Source of the DNA: Fistulifera solaris
Taxonomy: Eukaryota
Direction: 5' to 3'
Assembly: GCA_030295235.1 (NCBI GenBank)
Contig: AP026123.1
Coordinates: 2,604,001-2,668,000, forward strand
Length of the DNA stretch: 64,000 nt
Shown: positions 1 through 10,572 of the stretch, piece by piece
How positions within the stretch are numbered: position 1 is the stretch's first letter
Layout of the letters: every line of letters begins with the position of its first letter
The notes under the pieces: model-generated
The model's input: only the letters and a program-made list of their open reading frames with translations
The model's database searches: none
What the model was told of the DNA's origin: nothing
Position numbers and translations under genes: made by a program

Positions 1-1787
1 TATAACAGAAACCTTTCGTTGCGTCGAATAAGATAAGTGTCATCGTTCGTTTGGTCGCAAAAAAAGCGCAGCGCGGCGCCGAGCAGCGGCGAGAACATCC
101 CTCCAAAGAACAAGAGACAAGTCACAGTGCGACTTTAACCATGCTAACTATTTAGCTGTCTACATATATTCTGTAAAAGTACCAATGATCACACCACTTT
201 ATTTTGAGGTCTATGGTCTATGGGGGAACCCCTAAGGACGTCCTTAGGAACCCCATCGTGAGACGTGAGAATCAGAAGTAGCGTAGAATTTCTACGTTCT
301 TTTCGTACCGAAATTCCGGGTTATTTTTGCTTACAACGTTCAAATCACCACTTTACGCTCACAAACTATTGATAACGAAAAGGACAGATTAAAGCCATAA
401 CAAAGTCAACAAAGTAAAAAAATCCTTTACATCAGTTACCGCTTAGTTGTTTAGATCACGGTGCTAAACAGGAATTTTACTGGGAACCTTTGTGCGAGCC
501 AAGCATCAGCAAGATAACATCTACCACCGTTTCACGAGGCACATGCCCTCGTTCAGAGCAAAACTGAATTATCACTAGCGTTTGCGCACACCGACTGCTT
601 GTGCAATAACATTTTTCAAAATCTCAAAAGGTGTATGATTGTAGCATATTGTTTCTTTCTCATGGGAGTCTCTACCGTGCAATGGCGACAGAAGTGGCGA
701 TTCAGGTCTATGGGCACAGGAGGCCGTAGTTTGACGCTTCGTAGTGCATCATAAGTTTTGTAACTGCTCTTTCATCGAACTTCTGCTTCTGCGACTTGTC
801 GAGTAATAAGATTCAACTTGCACATTATGACCCCATTGCCTCGCCAATGCAAACAGAATGACTTGAGTTCTGCTGATGAAAGCAGTTAGGTCTCAACCAC
901 TTCGAAGCAGCAGTGTATTGTAAAAATGATCTTTTTCCTCTATACCGTCTATTCTTTCCAAGACAGCCTATCGTATTCAACAGCATTAACAGTTGCTCTC
1001 TTGACTGACTTGCCGAGCTTTTCATCCGGGTATCAGTATCGAGAGTTCTTTGCAAGTGAAGGCATTTGCGTAAATTTCCCAATGACGACTGCGAAAATAC
1101 GATACGCGCGTCAACACCCTCTTTGCTTGACCAGTTTATTGTAGAGGTGAATGGAGAAACAGTACATCAACAACCACGTCCTGCATATTATCGAGAACAA
1201 CGCCGTCACAGCCTCGTAAGCTGTCATGACGTCGGAGCCTTTGCGGTGCATCTACGCTAAGTGATCGACTTAATTTGTGATCGCTCGCTAAGCAAAGAGA
1301 ATATTTTCGTGGATTGCGGGCGTAATAACTGTTAACATTAGCAATGATCTTTGAATGCAACAACATGGTGAAATTGTGGTGAATTCAAATGGCAGTTTGA
1401 TTTTTGAAGCCGACGCAAGGCTTTTGTCTATTTCAAAAACGTGTTACTACACATTTCGTCATAGTTAAAGTTTTGTACCAGTGCTACGGCCGAGGCTACG
1501 GCACTTCTGATTTTTCACCATGGGGTTCCCCCATTGCCCATTGTGCACCAATGCCAATGTCGTCTTCTCTGACATGGACAATTCGTACCATTTAAGGATA
1601 ATCGACATCGAGTTAACAGCAATACGTGAAAATACTAAACTAATGCAACGCCTCGAATGTTTACGTAAAATTCACGTAGCGCTTTTACTGGTATGAACAT
1701 TTGGACAAAAATGATACTCCGGAGTAGAAATGTATGCACAGTATTTATTTTTAACTTTCAAGGCTTTAAGGGGTTACAGGTCTCATT

Positions 1788-2240
1788 TGAAACGCAACAA
1801 AATCGAAAAGCTTTCAGATCGTCGACTGGATCACTATAGGATCAATGTGTTGGTTCTAGGCGACCGCGACTGAATTCCAGTCAGGCTCCAGGCTCCAAAA
1901 GGGAGTGGCGATCAGCTATGCCACAAATGATCGTACAACGGGTATAATAATCAATGCTAAGAATTTTATGGGTGTCAAAGTAGATTACTTCTGTCATTTG
2001 AAGCGCAACATCTTGATTTACGCCTTCGAAAAGCTTCCGGATCGATGACCGTTGACCTTGCGTTGACTGCAATGGTTACTATGGGATTATTGTGTTGGTT
2101 TACTGAGACCGTGACTGCGAAGTTCACTATTCACTATAGGATCAATGTGTTGGTTTGCAGCGAGACCGTGACTGCGAAGGTCGCTATAGGATCATTGTGT
2201 TGGTTTACAGAGACCGTGACTGCGAAGAGTTTCAGTCGCA
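1788..2240 (-). repeat. Degenerate ~50-60-bp tandem repeats (core TCACTATAGGATCAATGTGTTGGTTT...GAGACCGTGACTGCGAAG), related in reverse orientation to the 228-bp array at 54.5-55.9 kb
   Basis: Core recurs near 1831, 2078, 2130 and 2185. The reverse complement of the 228-bp unit contains CGAAAAGCTTTC and TTCACTATAGGATCAAAGTGATGGTTTAC, matching 1804-1860. Confidence 0.75.
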
Positions 2241-2357
2241 CGAACTCCTCCTATTTTGCCCCGACGAACGATCAGCAGCTATAATAATGGAAACAAATGG
2301 GTTGAAAACCATTGCATTATTATCCGTATTCGTTTTTTTGTTTTAAGTTTAAACATC

Positions 2358-2852
2358 ATGTCATCTTCGAACCCAGCAATCTACCGACGCGTGGCTTCCC
2401 ACGAAAGTTCAGATGATACGTCGTCGAGTGAACTCGCTCCCCCGCGCTCGCTATCGGACCGCTGCATGGATAAAGGAATTGCTCTTCTCTGGTTCTTTCT
2501 CGCTTTTATAACGCATCACAAATGTCATGTTTCGACAACACTCTTTTCAAAAGACTCACACGCCTTGCAAAAATTGCTGCAAGTTGTAGCTTTGTTACTC
2601 GGTGTTCAAGTCGTCTTGGCGACCTACCTTTGTGTGTATCTGCCGTATTTCAAACAACTGGATAGTTCCGCTTGGCCTGTCTACTGTCCGCGGGTCATTC
2701 CAACAGCTTCGGGATTGGGTGTTTTGATGGTAGTTTTATTGATTCGGGCCTGTTGGCCGGTATGGGGATTCTTGACGCCATTAATATTGGGCATTCAGTT
2801 CATGGGCTTATTGTTTGTAAGTCAGTTGATTCCTTGGCCGTTTGGGGGTTGA
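2358..2852 (+). CDS. Small four-TM membrane protein, TMEM128-like
   Basis: ATG at 2358, 164 aa, four hydrophobic segments. C-terminal ACWPVWGFLTPLILGIQFMG resembles the TMEM128 family motif. Confidence 0.7.
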   Translation: MSSSNPAIYRRVASHESSDDTSSSELAPPRSLSDRCMDKGIALLWFFLAFITHHKCHVSTTLFSKDSHALQKLLQVVALLLGVQVVLATYLCVYLPYFKQLDSSAWPVYCPRVIPTASGLGVLMVVLLIRACWPVWGFLTPLILGIQFMGLLFVSQLIPWPFGG

Positions 2853-3065
2853 GCCGTATCGACAGACAAGTAAATGAAGACTTTACAGATCGAGCGGTCA
2901 ACACATCACACAATATTGTAAGTTGGGGCACTGCATTCATTTGCTTACATCGTGGAAAACGAAACAAGCTTTTGAATCTATGAAAAGACAATTAATCCGT
3001 ACTACTACCTTTATGTGCAAACTATAGAAAACTCTAATTTAATTTATGATTGATGGTCTTTACTT

Positions 3066-3559
3066 TCATTCCTTCTTTTCCTCTAATGATGCTTTCGGCG
3101 GAAAAGGTTTCGGAGGGGAAGGCGGATTCTCATTGTGATGATGACTCTTCGCAGACGCTTGTTGCCACGGCCATATGGGCGCATCATTGCTGTCCAAAGA
3201 ATCTTTCGAACCCACACTGGTCGAAAGCATCGCCGACAAGTCTTTGTAGCGTCGATGTCCTTCCGATAGGGCTCGTGCTAGATCTTGATGATCGACCGAT
3301 CGAAATTCGTTTCGTACTTGCTGCAATAACTCGGGAGAAGCTTTCGGAATTAACCGCAAATATTGTCGATATAGATTCCTAACTTGCGCTTGTTGTTGAA
3401 AATCTTTGAGGGATAATAACTTTTTGGGATCATCGTCATTGTTTGTGAAAAGCGATGCCGACGCCGTTTTGTTGGGGTGGATGAGGTAGTCGAGAGCGCG
3501 CGGCTACTATAAAGTACGCTATGCCAAGAATGAAGCGGTCTGTGGATTGTTGTAAACAT
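3066..3559 (-). CDS. Mitochondrial LYR-motif protein (Complex1_LYR, LYRM2-like); one apparent frameshift at ~3448-3451
   Basis: Extending ORF 3066..3359 upstream gives LLSLKDFQQQAQVRNLYRQYLRLIPK...VRNEFR. An R/S/T-rich presequence (MFTTIHRPLHSWHSVLYSSRALSTT) lies in the adjacent frame and is joined by adding one T to a T4 run. Start could also be 3568. Confidence 0.75.
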
Positions 3560-3896
3560 GTAGTTCATTCTATTTAATAATTGATTGTTTTGTGGCTTTG
3601 CAATAGTGGTTACGGAGTATTTTTGACAAGAGCAACGATACTTTCTTTGCCTCATCGTCGTCAGCATTCAGCATTTTCCTCACAAAACTTTCACAATGCG
3701 TTGGTCGACGGTCGTCACACAGACAAACTATCATTGCTAAGGTTGCTGAGGCGCCACAACGCTAAATTGTCGTAATTTCCAACTAACAAGCAACAAACAT
3801 TAACAGTGTGTATAAGTTAAAGCTAAATTAAACGTGCATTAAAAACAATGTCAGTGCTAGCAGAGGGCCTACGGTATGTTTCCCACCATCTATCTA

Positions 3897-6076
3897 TTAT
3901 ACTTCCGCCACACGATGTGCCGCCGAAGTTGCTGCGAATTCCAAGTCTACTTCCAGATCCACTGCTTGACGCTCTTCTTGTGAAATTGCTGCTTTTCGAG
4001 CTGCCACAGTCGCTTCGTCGACTTCAAATTCGGATAATTGCAACAAACTCGATAACGACTCGACCAGTTCCGGTGCTACGGCCGTTTGGTACAATTGCTT
4101 GGCCAAAAATCGTGTCGTCGCGTCGGGTAACACCTGTGTATACTCATCGACAACACCATCCGTTGCCAATTGTGCTTTCGCGTCCACTAGCATTTGTTTC
4201 GCCATTTCATTGGCCAGGAGCAAGTGCTCCGAAGTGCCATCTTGGCATGTCGACAGCGCGGTATTATACGTCAAGACATTGGGATTTACGCGCCGAGAAC
4301 GCATACGAGAAAGCCATTCAAGAGCCAATGCGGGTTGACGGTGTTCTCGATAAGCGCAGGCTGCTACCGCCGTCGTGTACGACACCACCGATGGCTCAAT
4401 GCCCTCTTGCAACATACCCACAATGATACCCTCACAAGCTTGATGATTGCCCAGTTTCGCCAACCGCTTCAACGCAATGTTGAATGTGATGAGGTTACCT
4501 TCCGTATTGTGTGTGTTCTTCATGGCATCCAGTACCGTCAATGTCAATTCTTCTTCGCCACAAATTTCGCAGGCATTCATGCACGTATTGAAAACGGTCA
4601 ACGGTGGCTTATCGGCCTTGCCATTTTGATACAACTGCACCCAATCCAGTAATAACGCCGTCGCACGCTTCGATTTGCGTGCCTTGGCGCAGCACGTGAC
4701 CACGGTCCGCCAGGTCACGACATTGGGACGCAATTCCCGTTGCAACTGCAAAGTCAACAATTTGACCGCCAGTTTCCATTGTCCTTCTTCTTGCACGGCA
4801 CGTGAAATGGCGCGTTGATGCAATCGCGTCGCCGCGCGACGGACATGTTGATGACTCGTCGCGACCGCGACATCTCCACCCGGCGTGGTGGCCGCGGCCG
4901 TCAACAACCGCAGACCCAACGCCACATTGTCCATCTGATCGGCCGCAACAATGGCATTGCCCAATAAATTGATTCCGTCTTCGTTCAGTGAAGACAGTTG
5001 TTCTAAATCGTATCCTGCGGCTTTGGCGTATCCCAACAAGGTGGGCATGTGTGAGGCGGCGCCTTCCACTTTTTGTTGTACCATGGCGTAGGCCGTATTG
5101 GCAAAACACTTGAGTGACGGTGGTGTTTCCGTCCGTTCCGTAATCATGTATTTCATTTGAGCCATGGCTTCTTCCACGGCACCTTCTTTAGCAAGAGCGA
5201 CGGTTATTTTCTCCAGCGTCTCCAATTGCAAGGGTACTTGCATAATTTCGAATGCCGCTTGCATACCCAACGCTGTATCGATACCACCGAATCCTTGATG
5301 CGTCGTCGAATTGGCGTCATCATTGCCAATCGCGTTGACAATACAGTAGTTGGCGGCTGTTTCACTGACTTTGAGACCCCGTTCGGCCATTTCATCCAAT
5401 ATCTTACGAACCGGTTCCGCCGCCCGCGCTCCTTGCAATCGATTGGCCATACAGGCCGCCAGTGTCGCCTCAAAGACAGCCGGAGGCAAATCGTGCGTCG
5501 CATCAAATCGCCGAACGAGTGTTTTCAATTTGCGCGTCGCCGCTTTCCAATGATACTGTTCGGCTTTGAGTAGAATATCTTTGACGAGTTCTTTGTATTC
5601 GTATTCTGGGTCAGCAATGTCGATAAATTCGACAAAACCCTGCAGTTCGTCCGTGACGGTGGGCTATATATCGAAACGAACAGGATTGTGAGAATAATGA
5701 ACGTGTGCCACAACGGAATAGCAACAAATCAATCGTTCTCCGTACCTGACAATTCTCATCCAATTCTCCCGTTTCGGTCAAATTACATTCGACGATTGCG
5801 GCCTTTCGCAATCGATCTCTCAATTGCGTGGTCGTTCCCTCGTGAGGAAGTTGTCGTTGTGACAATTCTTCCCGCAATTCTCGATAACGCAATTTGGAGA
5901 CCAAATCCAGCGTCAGTGACGATGTCGCTGTCGTTGACGAGGATGACGAACTTGAAACTGCGGATTCCGAAAGGAGATGACTTGTAGTCTCGAAAGAAGA
6001 ACGGACTATAGAAGTCGCAATCCAAGCAGAAGTTGGTTGGAGAAGAAAAAGAAAAGAGAGAAAAGTGGAATTTCAT
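3897..6076 (-). CDS. Probably plastid-targeted pentatricopeptide-repeat protein with N-terminal SAP domain; intron 5664-5745
   Basis: PPR motifs (PNVVTWRTVVTCCAK, GNLITFNIALKRLAK, EPSVVSYTTAVAACA, PNVLTYNTALSTC). SAP-like VSKLRYRELREELSQRQLPHEGTTTQLRDRL. A GT..AG intron joins the exons in frame. Signal peptide ...LLQPTSA-W with an apparent indel in the pyrimidine runs at ~6045-6065. Confidence 0.85.
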
Positions 6077-6820
6077 GGTTTCGAGATTGATGTGTGTGGC
6101 TTGTGAGCTTAAGTAGGCTTGTGGCTAAAAGATCCTTCAAAGTAGAGAGCAGGCTGAATCCCTGGGATGGCTCCTTCTTTTGTTTCACAGAATCGAAAGA
6201 ATGCAAAAAGGTAATGAACGCCGAGTGAATTGACGTATACCGAAAAATAATCTGAAGATACGCAACAAAAGAGATCTGCAAATCTTTGTGAGCTGAGTGA
6301 AAGTAACTAGAGTCGTCTACGAGAGAACAAAGTCAGCAAACAAGATTGGCTTGATATTTACACGATGAGTCTATTGCAAATCCAAGGATGAGCTGGCCTC
6401 GAATGAGAATACTCGAAAAAGGTGTCGATCGGCGAAATGCCGCGAGGAGAGTGATACGCATTGCGATGTGACGTGTACTCGGAGGAGTCATTCGTCCGTT
6501 TCTGACGTGAGACGTGCGAAGCCCGGATTTTCTTGTCTCGTTCCCAGATTTTCTGGACAAGTGAAAATACTACGTACCAGTACCACTCACACAGATTTTC
6601 CGCAAAGCAACACAGTGATCTATAGTAAAAAAAGAAAGACAGACGACCGCTGGACGGCTATGAAACTGTGACGTGTTTTTTTGCGTTTTGATGTTGCCGA
6701 TCCACTCGCTGCAACTTCTTGTTTTATTTGCTTTGACATTCATAAAGTTGAGTTGTTTCATTCCAAGTGTTCACCGCCATAGCTAGATTAAGACGTATGA
6801 ATAGATCGACCGCAGGAAGA

Positions 6821-7387
6821 ATGATGAGAAATAACCCCAAATCCCTGACACATTTTATCTGCTTCATGCTGTTGTTCGTTTCGACGCACTGTTTTGCCCC
6901 CCGACAGTCGATGATACACAGAACGCGGCAACCTATACATCAGCAACGGATGACGACTGCTCTTGCGGCGACCGACTTGGATGTCATTGGACTCGTCGCC
7001 GGACAAGAGAATTACGGACTCGCCATTGTGTGTCTCGGTGAAGCACTGTGGAGTTTTGCACAAGCACCCAGTCTTTCACATGCCAAAGTCTTAGTACCAG
7101 CCGTGGTCGCCACAGGACTTTTAGTTGGTGCTAGTGGCCCCATGATTACTTCAGGAGATGCCTCTACGGTGGCGACCGGGCTGTGGTTGGCGACGGGTGT
7201 CTCGGTCGGCTTGGGTGTCAGTTATGTGGTGCGTTTGTTGGCGCCCTTTTCTCCCAGTCCCAAAGAAATCGCCGCACTGGGATTACTCGTGGCGGTCGCT
7301 GGGTTCTTTTCATTTTCTCAAAATCTCGTCGTCGATGGATTTGTGACGTTGCCGTCGCTTCCGACTTTTTCGTTACCCAGTTTCTAA
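6821..7387 (+). CDS. Plastid-targeted hypothetical membrane protein (about four TM)
   Basis: Signal peptide ending THC-FAP (ASAFAP-like), R/Q-rich transit peptide, then four hydrophobic helices. Confidence 0.75.
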   Translation: MMRNNPKSLTHFICFMLLFVSTHCFAPRQSMIHRTRQPIHQQRMTTALAATDLDVIGLVAGQENYGLAIVCLGEALWSFAQAPSLSHAKVLVPAVVATGLLVGASGPMITSGDASTVATGLWLATGVSVGLGVSYVVRLLAPFSPSPKEIAALGLLVAVAGFFSFSQNLVVDGFVTLPSLPTFSLPSF

Positions 7388-7558
7388 AGATGAAAAACCG
7401 TGACGAGGGTATACAAAGCTCGATTCTCAACAAGTAACAAACAATTGCTAGATACTTTAACGTTATACAATTCACACCACGGTTCTTACACTGCTACGAA
7501 TAAACGATGTCCTCCCCTTTCTTCATCGTCACCCCCAACATTACCCCCAAACAACAGA

Positions 7559-8107
7559 TCATTCTGTACTGTCCGTTTCCGCCGTGATTTCATCATCACA
7601 GTCTTCTTCCGGAAATCCTTTCGAGCATGGTATATCCCACGCACACAAATACTCCGTCCATGTGGAACCACACGACGCCATAGCCGACGCTCGGGCGGCA
7701 AGTTGTTCCAATTCTTGCACTCGTTTTTGCAAAGACACTGTCTTGCGCGTCAATTTGCTCAAATCTTTTCGTGCTGCATCTCTTTCCCCACGTACTCGTT
7801 GTAATGTTTGTATAGTACTTTCGTGTTCGTGTTGCAGCTCCTCGTATTGTTGCTGTTGTTGTTGCAAGGCATTCTCCAATTGATCTATTTTCCCGCGTCC
7901 ATAATACGAAAATGCTTCTATTTTTTCTCTAGTTTGTAAATATTGTCGTTGTAAATCATCCAAAAGAGCGTGGGAGACTAAATCCACAGCCTGGCTTGTG
8001 CTGGGGACGGCGGCAGCTGTTGTGGTTGTGTTGAGTTTCGTATTGGGTGTAACCACTCTCTGGATACTGGCTTGTCGACACGCTTGAGTACGTGCTTCGC
8101 TCTGCAT
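7559..8107 (-). CDS. Hypothetical coiled-coil protein
   Basis: 182-aa ORF with heptad-like Q/E/L/K-rich central region and acidic tail. Confidence 0.6.
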   Translation of the reverse strand: MQSEARTQACRQASIQRVVTPNTKLNTTTTAAAVPSTSQAVDLVSHALLDDLQRQYLQTREKIEAFSYYGRGKIDQLENALQQQQQQYEELQHEHESTIQTLQRVRGERDAARKDLSKLTRKTVSLQKRVQELEQLAARASAMASCGSTWTEYLCAWDIPCSKGFPEEDCDDEITAETDSTE

Positions 8108-8309
8108 TTCCTATTCGCTTTCTATCGTTAATAAACTAGTTCAGTCAAACAAAAGGAATAAGAAAGAATGGAAGGAAGAGGAATGAATAGTGGTCCAAAA
8201 GATTTACCGTGTTGTTTACTACTAGTACAAAACGCAAAAGAGGTGCACAATCCGCTTGCGCGCGAGCGAGCTCGTCCGCTCTCCCATTTTTGTCGACGGC
8301 GCACGCAAA

Positions 8310-8725
8310 GGAAAAAGCACACACGCCCACATTTTCTGGAGACGTGAAAAACACATTTCCACATTTTCTGGAGACGTAAAAAAGCACACCCGCCTACGTT
8401 TTCTGGAGACGTTAAAAAAGCACATTCCCACATTTTCTGAAGACGTGAAAAAGCACACACGCCCACATTTTCTGGACAAGTGAAAAGCACATTCCCACAT
8501 TTTCTGGAGACGTAAAAAGTACACCCGCCTACGTTTTCTGGAAACGTTAAAAAGCACATTCCCACATTTTCTGGAGACGTGAAAAAGCACATAGTCACAC
8601 CCGTTTACACACACGCCCACGTTTTCTGGACAAGTAAAAGGAGCACCCGCCCGCATTTTCTACACACCTGAAAAAACTCTTTCCCACATTTTCTTGGAGA
8701 CGTGAAAAAGCACTTTCCCACGTTG
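8310..8725. repeat. Degenerate minisatellite, about 11 units of ~33-36 bp (CCCACATTTTCTGGAGACGTGAAAAAGCACA)
   Basis: Direct repetition visible. ATTTTCTGGAGACGT also occurs at 40392, and TTTTCTGGACAAGTGAAAA also occurs at ~6549. Confidence 0.9.
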
Positions 8726-8955
8726 CTAAATCATCAACGGACAAGATGTAGTGCTTTTTTACACAATAGATGTACCGGATGAAGTACGATTTTTCTGAAT
8801 GAACCCTCAACCCTCAACTTTCCCGAGAATTCATTCCACTCCCGAGTCATACAGATTTTTTTTCGTTTTCTTGCTGTTGCTATTCCTACATTCACCAAAA
8901 GTCAATAAGCAATGCGCAATGTGATAGTGAAAGTCAAAGTTTACTGAAAGACAGC

Positions 8956-9225
8956 ATCGAGTGTTGACTTTTGCGTATTAACAGCAGTGCGCAAGACAAA
9001 GCTAACGGTCGATGCAAACACACAACAGTTTTGTGGACGATCGTTTTCGCATTGATTGTTGCGAGCGGATTCAGGATTCTGGGAAGCATTCACTTATTCT
9101 TTCTCTAAAGACGAGCCGTAAAATACTTTGTTAAAGCTCGCACAACGATACCTCGGTTGCGCACATTTTGAGCCAATGCCAGCAGCTACTGAATTATTCT
9201 AAATCCGAACGCAATCATAGCAAGA
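8956..9225 (+). pseudogene. Degenerate 5' fragment of the glycosyltransferase gene at 12515
   Basis: Aligns by eye with 12499-12783 (CATCGAGTGTTGACTT; TTGTTGCGAGCGGATTCAGGATTCT-GGAAGCATTCA). ATG is changed to TTG, indels are present, and homology stops abruptly at ~9225. Confidence 0.85.
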
Positions 9226-9863
9226 GCTAGAGAGACTAGAGTTACTTCATATTTCACATTACTTTTCTGCGCTCTAAGATGTATTGTTCATAGAAATGCT
9301 ACAATGTGTCAGTTAATCTTGTTTCGTGTTTCTTGTTTGTGTCTTGTAGTCTATCTAGAAGCTTGTATCTGGTAGTTCAATGTTCGATTTTCGAGATCGA
9401 GAATCGAGAATCGAGGTTCGACATCTTGTACAAGTACTTGTAAAGTTTATGATTATGCGAACTACGGAGTACAACTACCCCAAACCTGGTACATGGGTAC
9501 ATGGGACATGGGACATGGGACATGGGTGAAAGAGAGGAATAGGAACATAGGAACTGGAAACTGGATACTGGCTGGCGGCTGGCTGCAGGCTAGTCCTAGT
9601 CTAACTAATAGCTACAGGCTAAAGCGAGAGGCGATACTCTTCTGTGCTTCTGAAAATGACTCCTTCAACCAGACAAAAGACGGAGTATAAATTATAAATA
9701 TTTATTTAGCTATTGAAAAATAGTCTATCGAAGTCCCCACGGAACACTTGAAAGTCGGAATTCGGAATGCATCATGCATCATTGCTAGGTCTAGATTATG
9801 AATTATCAATTATAAATCCTTAAGATTGTTATGATTTATGATTTATGACTTTAGAATTTAGAA

Positions 9864-10127
9864 TATAGTTCGACAAATATCGATATTTCGATTTTTACGA
9901 ATATCAATATCGTATTATACGATATAATAACCGATATTATTATCGGCGACCGTCTGTCATCGCCCGCAAATTACAGACATTTTAGCGTAAAATGCCACAA
10001 ATCCGTCTGTCAGGCGTACGAACATCGATAAATATCGATATTGGGAAAAATGGCTCTGATATAATACGTTATTATAACGTGAATATCGGTATTCGTTATT
10101 TGTTATTTTAGAGCGTGTCGAACTATA
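9864..10127. mobile_element. 264-bp non-autonomous DNA transposon (hAT-like MITE)
   Basis: Perfect 12-bp TIRs TATAGTTCGACA (9864-9875) and TGTCGAACTATA (10116-10127). Perfect 8-bp direct repeat ATTTAGAA at 9856-9863 and 10128-10135. Many subterminal CGATAT/ATATCG motifs. Confidence 0.8.
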
Positions 10128-10572
10128 ATTTAGAATAATCAACAATCAATAATCGTCGATCGTCGCTCGTCCCCAGAACTTGCCCCAGAAGGCCCAGAAG
10201 ACAGAAGACAGAATGCCAAAACGGCGTTATGAGGCGAAAGGCGTTTTCTTCAACATCAATATCAGATTCAGAGTTCAGAGCTCTCAGAAAGTAGTCACCT
10301 ACAATTTAAAAGATACGGAGTACTCTTACCCTCTAAAAACTAAAAACTCTTGCGCACAGAGAAGGCAATTGGCAAATTGGCGTCTAATGTTTAAGTTCAT
10401 AATCTGCCGCACCTTTTGTTCATAATCGACCAACAAAACAATCCTATATTTTTTGCAAGGCATCGTCACGCAAGAAAGAAGGTCAGTTGCCTAACAAGCG
10501 CTGTGCATTTCAAAAGACTCGTTTCTAACACTTTTAATTCTGCTTGGATTTCTAGATCAATCAAAAACTAAC

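Noticed and set aside
480..1600. Short protein-like ORF fragments
   Set aside because: No recognisable motif or consistent frame; possibly a decayed gene but unsupported.
8128..8810. Cys/Phe-rich ORFs on the minus strand
   Set aside because: Translations of the minisatellite.
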